A stretch of DNA of 64,000 nucleotides from the human T2T-CHM13v2.0 reference genome, Homo sapiens, in assembly GCF_009914755.1 (NCBI RefSeq), contig NC_060926.1. One strand, written 5' to 3'. Made by a program: the position numbers and the translations under genes. Shown piece after piece: positions 12,428 to 25,315 of the stretch. Below the pieces are notes generated by a model, which did no database searches, had not been told where the DNA came from, and worked only from the letters and a program-made list of their open reading frames with translations. Position 1 is the stretch's first letter. Every line of letters begins with the position of its first letter.

Positions 12428-15400
12428 CTCTAGAGAACCCTGAAACCAACCCTTGGCACCTGGGGTACTGCTTCTTGTCCTAAGCCTAGTCTTATTTTCT
12501 TATTGCACGTGAACATAGATAACAAATTATGTCTAATATGATTGAGTTTTAGGGTTCCTGAAAAGGTGTAGGACTTGGGGTCAGATGGCCTGGTTTTAAC
12601 TTCCGGTTCTGCAATCCACAAAGTCTGGGGCCTTGAGAAAGTAAGAAAATGCCTCCAGTTCTTGGTCTCCTTATCTGTCCAGAGATCAATCTCCACCCTC
12701 CAAATGGACCTAAGGTCTTGGTGAGTAAAGGAAAGCCCTTCATGCCGTTGAAAATGCTGCCCGATGGCCCTCCAGAGGAGAGGGCGTCTTGCAAATCCAT
12801 CTCGTTGGGAGGGGTCTCTTTGTGAGCGACGTTAGATCTCTGTCCAAATTTGCCTCAAACTGCAGCCAGCTACTTCTGGTGCCAAATTCTACCCTGTCCC
12901 CTTCTTACTTTTTTGCTTTTGCTTTTGCTTGTAGTCTCTTCCACCAGGAATGACCCCAACCTCCCATCTCTCCTTCAGGCCAGGCCTGGATGACGCTGCC
13001 CAGGAGCACCTGCCTCAGGCACCTTTTATCTCAGTCCAGCCTCATCCCACCCTTTTCTGACCATCCCACACCAGGGGCACACACACCCACCTCTCCATCC
13101 AGGGTACTGGCCAAGCTGAGCCTTTCCTGGTGATACCTCGTTCTCCCCAGCAGTGAGCACAGAGGCTCAGCACGTGTTTGCTGAATGGACTTCACCCATT
13201 CCCTGTTTTCTTTCTCTCTCTCTCCTTCTCCACTTCCCACTTGTTACCAGTAGCTGACAATTACTCAACAGCAGAAAGAGGTGAAGCAGGCAGTGTGGGA
13301 CCAGAGAATAGACAAGAAGAAATGAACTAGCTCAGTGTTGCACCCATAAGCTCAGATTTGGAATAAAATGTTCTCTATCCAACAGGGCTTATCATCTGTA
13401 GAATTACCTGGAAGATAGTAGAGAGAGAGAGTTTGTCATTTGTGGATTGTGAGCACAGAAGTGTGTGTGTGTGCTTCCCTATTATTTGTAAAGAGGTAAC
13501 CACTATATCCCGATTCATTTTGTACTCATATTTTGCCCCTGGATGGCAGGGTAGAATTGATTAGAAATAATGGCTGGAAGCAAGCAGGAAAGAGAGGGCT
13601 AAGGACAGGCTCAGCTTGCAAATCTGAGTCTCGCTCACTGTTGAGATGATGCGGGGTGCAGGCAGAGTGACCACAGAGCCTGTACCTGTACAGCCTGGTC
13701 CAGGGCTGCCAGGAGCTGAATCTTGGCTTCGATGCCATGCCAGGTCTCACACAATTTTCATAGTTTTATTGACAAAAGTGATTTAATGACTAAAATTAAA
13801 CAGAGTCAGGCATTTGAGTCCATCAGGAAACAATGAATCAATGTGGGAATGCGAGTTGCCCAGAAGGCTGAGCATTCATCTTTTAGGCTTCTTAACTTTT
13901 TCATACTTAGGTCATTTTGTATATAGATCCTTTAAATTTATTATATAATTTTCTTTCTCCTTAAGAAGAGCAAACAACGTATATTGTGATGTAGTGCAGT
14001 GATATTTTCGGAGTTCCACAGTAAAGTTTTTCTGTTCTTTTAAACAGCCCCAGGTTACCATATCTTTAGAGTTTCTATGTTTGTTTTGGTAGTTTTCAAT
14101 GTTTTATCTTTTTTTTTTTTTCTCTGTCAGTTGTCAGCTCTTACTTTTGCTATTGGTGCATTTCCCTATAATAGCAGTGTTTCTCAGGGAATATTTTTTT
14201 CGAATCTAGAGAGAACTAGAAACATAAATGAGGAAGCTGGTTAAATATACATATATAAATTAAGAGCAACCTGAATTTGAGTGAAGATTTAGAGCGTTCT
14301 AAAGAAAGCCAAGGACATGGCATTTATAACAAGGATTTTGTAGATTTCACTTTAACTGATACAAAGAGGTTTTATTTATGCATGTTATCTGTATCTTATT
14401 ATTTAGTTTCTGATTTTGTAGCTTTTGGCTATTTTACTAATTAGTGAGATTGCTAAAAGGCTAGGTTACGACTATTTGAAGTATTTTGACTGCAACATGA
14501 ATATTTCACTTTATGTAATGATATAAAATGTTCAGATTCAATTAAGTTGTTCAAATGCCTGATTAAGTGGCGAACATGTATGAAAACCCTTCTAAGTCTA
14601 AGACACAATTCTGTTCTCTGAAGGTGACTCAGGAAGGGTAAGGGAGTTCATATCCCATATCCTAGACAAGAGCTTGAGTGCCATGACATATGGACTCTCT
14701 AAGCATTCTTGGAGAAATTTTCTGGATAGTTGAACAAGCTCACTAAGAAAAGACAACTTTCTCTTTTTCTCATTTCATTAAAAAGATGACTGCAGGCATT
14801 CATCATCTCGATTTTGGTTACTCGCGTATTCATATTATGTTTTAAATATAAAATGTGCATGCTCTTGGCCATGAGTGCAAATAGGATGTCATGAGCAACA
14901 TTTTTTTTCTGCTCCCTATAGCTGGTGCCTTTGCGTGTTTGTGTGTGTGTGTCTGTGTGTCTGTGTATGTGTGTGTACATAAAATTTGTCAAAAGGATGC
15001 TTCGATGGCCTTGGGTCACACGTTCATATTTGCCAGACGAATGACTGTGACACCCTCAGTTTGTGAATTCCATGCCTGTATATATTTGTATAATGGACTA
15101 AGTGAGGGCTCCTGTCACCCCAGACCTTAGCAAAGAAAAATGATCCTAGGAAGCTCAGTCCCTTTGACACAGACATGGCAAACCCAAGGAGCCACACAGG
15201 TCAGTCAGCTGACACAAGGAGTGGAGTAGCAGGCACAGTGCAGCAGGGAGACGTGCCCCGTCTGACTTGGACGGCTAGTCATTGCCAGGGGACCCACACA
15301 GGCCCGGGGATGCCGCATAGTCTAGAGTCCCGCAGGAAGCTAGAGATCTCAGACAAGGAATCTCCCAACTTTTGAAACCCTGTGCAGAGCAAAGAACTAA

Positions 15401-17409
15401 GTCTGTGGAAGGAATATGGCTTGAAGGCTACAAGTTTGTGACTTCTGCCTGGTGTCATTAACAGAGGACAAATGTCCTCTACCGGGAGGTCCAGTCTCCA
15501 ATCCAGACACAGAACTATTTTCTGAGTTTGGCTTAGTGATGAAATATATATATATATACACAATCAATGTGAAGGTCAACCTCTTTTTGGAAGGTGGGCC
15601 GTTCCTGTTTTCCTCAGGACTCACTGCTCTCTGTTGTCTGACACTAGACCCAATTCACACATTTATATTTTCTACCTGTTCCCTCTAAGCATTTGCATTT
15701 TTAACTGTGCATACAGAACGTATTTTAATCTTTTTTCTGTTCGCAGTTGTGGTTTCCAGTCTAGTCAGGGAGCTAACACAGCGGAACTGTTGACTAGCAG
15801 AGCCCGGAATGGTGTGAATAAAGCCCTGTGGCCCAGCAGTGAGGGAGGGTCCAGCATTTGCCCTCAGCTTTGATTGGGGTGTGGTGCGGCTTCTTTCTTC
15901 TTGAACTGTAGAGTCCTGGTCTGTAACATGCAGAGTTAATTGCGACATTAGAAACAAAACACACAAAGCATAGATTACAGTGCCCGACACCTCATAGGAA
16001 CTCAATATGTGGAAACTCATTATCACTGTGGTTATTATTTTCTGATGATGATTTTTATCAGCGTAACTTATGTCAATGGACAGGAGTGATAGCTAAACAG
16101 CTTTGGAATCACCCAATGCAGAAATGCTTATATTCATAAACTTCCAGGGCTCCTAAGCAGGGTGTTTCTTATATCCAAATACAATAGACGTGGAATTCTA
16201 AAGCCCCAATTAAGTGGAAAAGGTCGCTTGAGAGGTAACAATAGGCCAGAACCAAGCAACAACAAAAAAGCTACTTAGTTTGGCAACCTTTGTTAAGAAG
16301 AATCCTTCAAAAAAGCCCCCCTCGGAATCCTATGAATGGGGCCTGAACCAGCCTCCATCCTCTGCCTGTCACACACAGGGTTAATTGAATACTTGGGTTG
16401 GGGGTGGGCCCCCCTTTTGTGGCAGTCACTGGTCACAAAACAAAAACCAATTGCTAGGTTCAGAAAAGGCTTTCCAGCTTACACTCTGTGCTAAAATAAG
16501 CCCTCCAATTCTTCTTCCTGCTTGGCCAGGAGGAGGTGAGGAGAAAATTAAATCTTTCAAATACACAGAGTTTGCTGGAAAAGGTGAAAGTTTCATTGCA
16601 AATTCCTGATGGAATGCGGACTCTCGGTGGCAGCTTTGCTCCCTTTGTCTTCTGTGCTGTGGGTGCATCGCGGGCTTCTGCAGCAGCACGGGTGGGGGAT
16701 GGGAATGTGTCCAGCTGAAACCCCAGCCCCCCACCTCCCTGTCCCTTAGTCCCCCAGTCTCCCCACCCACCCTCGTCCTCACCCCAAAATATTAGTCTGC
16801 ACGCAGTAATTAAATCTTGAGGACCTGGAGATTTTGGATTCCAGTGGAGGAATGCAGCGCTGAACACTGGTCCCCGAGTCTGCACCCTTGCGCTGGGAGA
16901 TGTCTTTAGTCACACATGGTTTCCCAGGTAAACACGCTTGAAAACAGTTCCAGGCGGGAAGTGAATGAACAAACACCTTACCCTTGCTTGTCATGAGCCA
17001 GTTTGTTTAATTACACAAGCATAAAATTATAACACTGGAAAATATAAAATTGGAGCTAAAAATGGAGAGTTCACCTAGCTTTTGCAAGCCCTTCACATAA
17101 TATCTTTCCTAAATAGGATGTTTTCTTGGCCACTAAACATGTTCATTTTCTATAATAGACAAACGGGCATAGTGAAAGATAAGGACTCTTGTGATCTAAC
17201 AACTGCGCTGCAAGGATATTACGTGTTCTCAGCCAAATTGTTTAATTTCTTTGGGCCTCAGCTTCCTTCCTGAAAAATGTGTATGCCTATCTGAGGATTT
17301 AATCTGGGGATTAAATCTGAATTTTTTGTGGTTTAATTTTTCTAAATACTCAGGCCAAAATTCAGATTAAATTCAATTGCTCTAATTAATATATTTGATT
17401 ATTTATTCA

Positions 17410-17660
17410 ATAAAATAATCGTAATAGGCACTTTTTGAACATGTAGGTGTGCAAAGCACTGTTCTAATTCACCTGCACATGGCATTGTTTGAATTCGCAG
17501 AGTGTTTTTGTACTTGGACACTTTTATTATTCTCAGTAGACAGACAGTGACACACCGGGCAAGTGAGGTTAAGCAGCAGGCCCAAGACCACAGAGTTAGC
17601 AAGAGACGGAGCCCAGATTCAAAGTGAGTTCTGCTGACTCCCAAGCTTATGCATTGAGCA
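17410..17660 (-). mobile_element. MIR
   Basis: GAGGTTAAGCAGCAGGCCCAAGACCACAGAGTTAGCAAG...CCCAGATTCAAA. Confidence 0.7.
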
Positions 17661-18569
17661 AGACCCTATCCGTTCTCAGTCTGTGCATGATACTTCATAT
17701 AGAGGAAATGTTCGAATGCTCACTCCATTTTTGTGTCCTTTTCTCATTTCTCCTGGCTCTGTGTTTGGTTGGAGATCTACCTGGGAATGTTATACCCTCA
17801 CGGAGGTTCTGGATGGACAGTCGGTTAACAAACAGGTATTTTATTTCTGAAGTAATCCTGCCCAGTTGCTGTCCACCTGGGAAAGGAGGGTCAACATGTC
17901 ACAAAAATGTCTCAGAAATGCACCGGGATGGCCCCACAAGCTGCTCTCAGGAGAGGTCCCTTGTGTCAGGGCTCTCTCTTGGTCTTTGACGTGGTAGAAT
18001 GGCGTCTTTCAGTATTTTCTGTAGGTGGATGTGTGCACCCAGGCCTGAAATGTCCATGCTGTGGAGTTCCACTCACCAAGGAACACCAAATTTAGTTCTA
18101 GTCCCCAAGGTCACAGAGGAGTGAGAATGGTAGGCGGCCTTTTCTAACCACCATCCAGACGCCTGGGTCTCCATCTTTTTTCCCAACGTGGTGAGCATCA
18201 CCTTCAGGTGTGGACCATCAAGAGGCAGGAGACCTGTGTTCCCATCCTGGCCTTGCCATTTCCCAGCGACGTGACCCCTGTACCTATCCTCCTCCTGTGC
18301 CCAACTCTCTGAGTGTGAGGTGGGAAAACAGAAAGGCAGATAAACAGTAAGGGAGGAGTCCTGGTGTGACATAGGATATTGGTGATTTGGGAGATGTGGA
18401 GAGATTTGAGTTTTCTTTTCCTTCCTGCTCAAGGCACATTCTGAAGAGACTTCCACAGCAGGCATGAAGGGAGCTATTTAGAAAGAGAGATGGGTTACTG
18501 GGGTCAAGGGGAGGTTTGGATGCCAGGTTCTTGGTAGGATTCTGGGATGTGATCGCCGGTAGTATTAGT

Positions 18570-18790
18570 AATGGTGACAGTGGTTATAGTAATAATAGCA
18601 GTAATACTTACTATAATTCCTGGATGTCCTTTGCTTTACAAGGAATTTCTAATTCTCACAAATCTTATAAGGTAGGTAATTTATTTTGCCTATTCACAGA
18701 TGAGGGACCTGGCACCTGGGGAAGTAACTTACGCAAGATTCAGGGCCACAAAGTGGAGCTGCTTGTTTTAGCCTAGACTCTGATGTAAGC
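18570..18790 (-). mobile_element. MIR
   Basis: AATTCTCACAAATCTTATAAGGTAGGTA...CACAGATGAGGGACCTG...AAGTAACTT. Confidence 0.65.
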
Positions 18791-20372
18791 CCAGTTTTGC
18801 CCTCAGCAGGTAGAGAGCTCTCTCCTAGCAAAGCCCAAGCCTCCCTTACCCCTGGAACCTGGTGCTGAGCCCCAGCCAGTAGACAGAGACACTCTGGTAA
18901 ATCACCCCATTTTTTCGATCTCCCAGGGCAGTGGACTCACTGCAGATTGGGGCAAATGCTGTTGCTTTGCTTGTCTCTGTATTTCTATCTTCATTCTTCT
19001 CTCCACTCTTCTCCCCTCAGACATAGTAGTAGAGAAAGTAGTAGAAAAATATTGTATGCTACTTGATCTTAACTGAAAGGTTTTCTACAGTCCTACTGTA
19101 ATGCTTGTGTGTAGAGGGGGAGGGAGGGGAAGAGGGTGCATTCTGAATTGCGTCCCTCGCAATCTGTTCCTGTTTTCTCCGTGTTCACCAATTGGAGGCA
19201 ATCCTATTGTAAGAACAACTCAGTTTCTCTCTCACTCTTCTGCATTCTGCACTGCCATCAGATAGATTTTTTCTAAACATTCATGTGGATTACATAAATG
19301 TCTAATTGGCAAGTCAGTATTAGCTGCCCATGACCTACCTGTAGGGCAAGATCAAAGATGCTTAGGATGTCATGAGCAGCCCTCCACATTTGCTCCTCAC
19401 CTGCCTGTCTAACCCGTGTTCCCTGCCTCCCTGCTCTCCCCACACCACCCCATGTGTCAACATGATCTCATCTCTGTAATGTTGATCTCACAGATACCAT
19501 TTGTATGTCTGTAGTGGACACTTAAGGTGACTCAAGGTATATCTGCTGAATCAATGTATAAAGTAACGGTAGCCAAACTGCACAACCCACAGTCCCCCCA
19601 TGGCAGCAGCCCCACCTGCAGTGCTTTCTTCACCCATCCCTATCATACACTTCAGCCTAGAGGATTCCCAGTTGTCTTCCAAGGCTGAACTCAAAGTTTT
19701 CTCTTCTTCTCTGAAGTTTTTTCTGTCTTATCTTCCCCCAAATAGGGTTAGCAATTTACTCTCCTTGGGGCTCATTTTCTCAGAAACGGAAGTAGTGGGA
19801 AGGAAGCCAACCAGGTGCATTCTTGGGGAATCCTGGGGATTCCAGTGAGTCTCTCGTGTTGTTCTCCAGGATCCTCTAGAAGAAATACTTTGATTCCTCA
19901 TTTTGTGGGCTATGCAAAGTCTTCTGCTAGAGGTGGTAGGACTATGGCATTGACCAAGGCACGGACCCTCCCCTCAGGTGTTTATCATCAAGGGGGTGTA
20001 ATAGACGTATGCCATTGACTAAAATGCAGCCATTTGAAAAGTACTATTGGAGCTTAGAGAAAGGTACCCCTTCTTCTGCAGGAAAATCAGGGAAGACGCT
20101 AAGAAGCAACAGCATTTAGTCCTGACCTAAAGAATGAATATGTTTTAATAGGCAGTTTATGGGGCAGTTGGGGAGATGGGGAAGTCGTCTGGAGCTAGAG
20201 AAGCCAGGTAAGAGAGATGCAGTTTGATCGTAGGTGACAGTTAAGCAGGGAGTGAGAAGAGGGAAATTTTATGTCAGGTGCATACCCTTTGGAATCCATG
20301 TTTTTCAAATACCCTAAGATCCTAAGAAATAACTGAGTATTGGAACAGACCTTAAGGATTTAAAAATGTTCA

Positions 20373-20374
<2 letters not shown>

Positions 20375-20412
<38 letters not shown>

Positions 20413-20419
20413 ACACACA
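20375..20419. repeat. (CA)n microsatellite
   Basis: About 22 units with one G interruption. Confidence 0.97.
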
Positions 20420-22229
20420 TTAAACAGGAATAAGATCCACCTAGATGCACATGAACATTTATCATTCCAAATATTCTAACTTGACATTATGCTCATAATC
20501 CCTAATTAAGACAGTGGCCAATAGTTAAATAAAAGAGATATAAAATGGGAAATTAAAGGCCAATAGAGACACAGGGCACTGACTGAGTTGATCAGTTAAG
20601 TTCATGCTTACATTATTTACATCCATTCAGAATGCTTTCATTATTCAAATTATTGTACGTAGACTCTAAACCAGAGAGTGGTGTACATGTAGACTGGATC
20701 ACCACCATCTGTGACAGGCACTGAGTGTATGGCACAGAACAAAATAGCTGTTGACTCTGCTCAGGAAATCTGGAAACTTGTTATGCATTTGCTGTGTGTG
20801 TGTGCCCCTGTATGGGTGTGGCCTGGATTCCTCTGGAAGAACTGTTGGCAGCCCTCTGCATAGACTCTCTGCAGGGTGAGCACAGACAGTCATCACAGAG
20901 TCCCACTTGTGTCCTGGGGGCTACCACCAAACAGGGGGGCAGAGGCCCGGGTGGATCGGAGCTTTGGAAAGGTCCTGATCATCCCCAGACTCAGGTTTTC
21001 CATTCAAGAAAACTTAGCTCAGAAGGTCGTGGTGAAATTTCAAGAGACAGTACCTATAATGTCCAAGATGGCGCCATGTGGGGTGGTATCCAGCAGGCTC
21101 TCCCTGAGTATCAGTCTCCTTCCTCCTTCTCTCTCCCCAGCTGATGGAGTAGAGATTTAGTAACAGCTTTTTCATAGCAAAGAAGTCCAGTAACAATTCC
21201 AGATCCAATTTTTCTCCTGGTTTGGGAAATTGGCGATCATGGTGTAGTGGGTGCTGATGACTTTACCCTTGAATGGATCCAGTTCTTCTTAAGAGCATCC
21301 CTGTTGCTAAGCCACAGTTACAATCCCAGGGTGTGAACACATCCCCATTCCATAGACAGCCTTTGTCTCATTTTGTCTGCCAGGGTCAGGATTGCCAAGA
21401 GATTTCCCTGGTACAGCCTCTACGAGCCCAGACCACTCTGATTACCATGCTATTGTTCTTTATTTTGCAAGAAAACCCTGCTTTCCAGGGATGGAGCTGA
21501 GAAGAAGGAATGGGCAGTGAGGGGCTGGTTAGATAATCCTGGCTGAAGAGCTGTACCCGGCTCAGGCTAGCTGGTGTTTGTCATTCCCAGACACACAGGG
21601 AGAGGAGGCAAGTAATCTGAGGGAGTCCTTTGGGGGAGCTGTACACACAGGAGGCCCTGGGCTCCAGCTTAATGGGCAGAGTTTGCATAGCCAGCAATTT
21701 TCCAGCTGCAGCCAGTAGAAACACCAGCAAGCCTTTAGAAAATGGAGGGGAAGGCAAAACTACCTTTCTCCAGTGGGTGTGTAGGGAGACTCTACTCATG
21801 CCTCTGGCATGAACTCCAGAGAGCAGCCTAAGCCCAGCCTGACCACATCCTCCACAGGCTTCTCCATTACCTGGTTCCAGGCTGATGTTCTAATACTGGT
21901 AATTTCATGCCATGATTATTCTTTCACTGGACCCCTTCTCCACTGAGCAATGAGACCCTTCAGGGAGGAATTGTGCCTTATTCATCTTTGTGCTCGCCTA
22001 AGACCACAGAAATCAGGGAGACTTCCCAATGAAGAAGCACACCCGTGTAGCAATTCCCCTTATTTACCACATCAGCTACAAGCGGACCTCTTCTCACCAG
22101 GCCCCTGTGATTAAAACAATGACATCGAAAGCCCTGTGATATTGAACACTTATTCTTTAGTTTCAGTTAGCTTGAGACCCCATGCCTTTGCTCTGCCAGA
22201 ACTTGCAGTTTCTTGCTAATGTCTGGTAT

Positions 22230-22650
22230 TCCCTGCACACCCAGCACTCCCCTGCCACAGGACCTTTGCACTTGCTATTTCCTCCACAAGAAATGCTGTT
22301 CCCTTAGCTCCCTGCATTGCCTCTCTCCCACATCCTCTAGGACTCTGTTCAATGTCACTGTATCGTAAGTCCTCCTGACCACCTTGTTGAAAATTGTAAC
22401 TCCTGTGTTCCTCCATCCATACTCTATCCCACCTCCCTTTTAATTTGTATCCATAGCTCTTGTTATTATCTAACTTGTAGTATGCTTTGCTCTTTATTTG
22501 TTTATAGTCTGTTTCCCCTTTTTAGACTGTAAGCTGCCTGAGCACAGGTATGCATGTGTGTTTCGTGCACTGTGAAATCTCCAGTGCCTAGAACAATATG
22601 TGACACACCATAAGCAGAAAGTAGATACCTGTTGAATGAGTAAGTGAGTA
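22230..22650 (+). mobile_element. L2a-like 3' end
   Basis: GGACCTTTGCACTTGCTATTTCCTC...AGACTGTAAGCTGCCTGAG...CCAGTGCCTAGAACA...TGTTGAATGAGTAA. Confidence 0.85.
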
Positions 22651-23744
22651 AACCATGGATAGAAAGCTCAAGTAGTGAGTTTATCTGTTGGTCATTGCCA
22701 ACACATGATGTGCCTGTGGTCATAGAGCTCTTAGCAGGTGGGACAGCTGCTATATCTCGCCTGGATACAGCCCCTGTGACTGGGATAAACTGGCTTCTTG
22801 GAGATTGGCTGTCTTCCTCCAGGACTGGATTGGGAATTGCGAGGAAGCCTCAACACAGAAACAAAGGGTGGTGCTTTGGGTCCTGTTGGGGAGCCTATGA
22901 TGCCAGGAGGAAGGTGTGGGTTTTAAATTCTGATGGATATGGCCTGTGTTCCCTTCTTCCACATCTGGATATGTTTCATCTGGCCAGTCTTTTAACTTTT
23001 TCAAGTTTTGAATTTTCCATCTAAACAATTAAAATAAAGTCCCCAATTCCTAGTTTGCTGGGTTTCTGTAGATACTCAATAAATGGTTGTGGAATGGCTG
23101 GTAAGAAATTAAAAATATTTGTATACCTCCTGGCACATAGTAGGAACATCAAAATGGCAGGTGCTATGATATGAATGGGGGCCATGTTCTCACCTCCGAT
23201 AGCTACAATCTCAAGAAGTGCCCCAGGGGTGATCACCAATGGGGAAAGGAAGGCAGTGTTCAGTGGATAATCCAGTTCCACTATTTACAAGCCATGTGCT
23301 ACCCTTCTCATGATCTGAACCCTGAGCCTCACCAGGAAGCAGGAGACAATGATCATAACCTTAGTTAGGAGGTGTTTTGAGGATCAGATGGAAACCCAGG
23401 CACAGCATGTCTGCAGTAAACATTAGATCTTCCTTTCTTATATTCCCACTCATCTCAGTGCCTCTAAAATTTCTACCCATGTTTTCTTATTAGACTTTCA
23501 AAAAATGTGTGTGTGTGTGTGTCTGTGAATCAGTTACTATTGCAGGGTACTAGGCCTTATGAAGAAGACAGTGAGCACCAGTATCTAAATATTTAGAAGG
23601 GCAAAGTAAGACATTTATTCAAATGGTTACCAGATCAGGCACCTCTTCTCAGAACTAGACAGCTATGATAAATACCATGGGGCCTAGGGAGAGGAGAGCC
23701 AGTTCTTTCTATGTAGAAAAAAGGAAGCTTAAAAGGAAGTGAGT

Positions 23745-24180
23745 TCACAAGGCACAGAAATACATGGAGAAATTCTAAATGCAAATTACTAAGTGAAAGA
23801 AGCCAACCTAAAAGGCTACAGTATGATTCCAACTATGTGACATTCTGGAAAAGGCAAAGCTATCGAGACAGTAAAAAGATTAGTGGTTGCCAGGAGCCAG
23901 GGAGAGGAAAGAATGAATAGGTGGAACATAGAAGGTTTTTAGGGCAGTGAAACTACTCTGTATGATACTGTAATGGTGGATACATGTCATACATTTGTCC
24001 AAACCCATAATACTATAAAACACAAGCAGGAACCCTCAGATAAAGTGTGGACTTTAATGATAACGTGTCAGTATTGGTTCATCAAGTGTAACAAATAAAA
24101 CAAGCTAAAGTAATATGTGAAGAGGGGAGACAGTGTTGGAGGGAGAAAGAGAGTAACATTGAATTCTGTACTGTCTAATC
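23745..24180 (+). mobile_element. L1MC-type 3'UTR (left part, interrupted)
   Basis: CTAAGTGAAAGAAGCCAA...TATGATTCCAACTATGTGACATTCTGGAAAAGGCAAA...TTTTAGGGCAGTGAAACTACTCTGTATGATAC. Confidence 0.85.
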
Positions 24181-25315
24181 TATTATTTTACTGATGTATA
24201 ATGATTATACGCATTTATGGAGCACCTGTGATATTTTGTTATATGCATACCATGTATGATGATCAAATCGCCATGCTTAGAGTATCACCTCTAATACTTG
24301 TTTCTCTGTGTGGAAAACATTTAAATCTAATCTTCTAGCTATTTTAAGATCTACAGTAAATTATTGTGAACTATAGTCACCCTTCTGTGCTGTAGAACAC
24401 TAGAACTTTTTCCTTCTATATAACTGTATGTTTGTATCCATTGACCTACGTCTCTTCGTTTCCTCTCCGTGGTATCATTCTGCTCTTTATCTCTAAGAGA
24501 TGCAGTTTTTTGGCTTCTACATATAAATAAAAACACGTGGTATTTGTCTTTCTGTGCCTGGCTTATTCCACTTAAAATAATGACCTCTAGTTCATCCACG
24601 TTGTTGCGAATGACAGGAGTTCATTCTTCTGCACAGCTGAGTAGAATTCCATTGTGTATATATACACCACATTTTCTTTATCCATTCATCCACTGATGGA
24701 CACTTGGAATGGTTCCATATCTTGACTATTGTGAATAGTGCTGAAATAAACATGGGGTGCAGTATTCCTTTGATAGTTATTTTCTTTTCTTTGGATTAAT
24801 ACTCCGTAGTGGGATTGCTGAATCATATGATATCTCTATTAGTTTTTCTTTAGAATCTCCCCTACTATTTTTTTAAATTTCTGTACTAATTTACATTCAT
24901 ATCACTCATTTATAAGAGTTTCCTTTTCTCCACACCTTTGCCAGTATTTGTTACTTTTTTTTATAATAACCATTCAATATGGACTGAGATTATATTTGTT
25001 TGTGGGTTTGATTTGCATTTCCCTGATAATTAGTGATGTTGAACATTTAAAAATAATATCAGTTGGCCATTTGTCTATCTTCTTTTGAGTAATGTCCACA
25101 CAGATCCTTTGCCCATTTTGAATGGGGTTACTTGCTTTTGATGTGAGTTGTTTTATTTCCTTGTACATTTTAGATATTGGTCCCTTGTCAGGTGAATAGT
25201 CTGTGAATATTTTCTCCCATTCTACAGGTAGTCTCTTCACTCTGTTGATTGTTTCCTTTACTGTGCAGAAGCGTTTTACTTTAGTGTAGTAAGTATATTC
25301 CCATTTGTCTATTTA
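24181..25315 (-). mobile_element. L1MA-type LINE, 3'UTR and ORF2 C-terminus
   Basis: Antisense L1MA 3'UTR; ORFs 24351-24599 (MDELEVIILSGISQAQKDKY) and 24974-25240 (EWEKIF...[12 protein letters not shown]) are L1 ORF2 C-terminal peptides. Confidence 0.9.
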
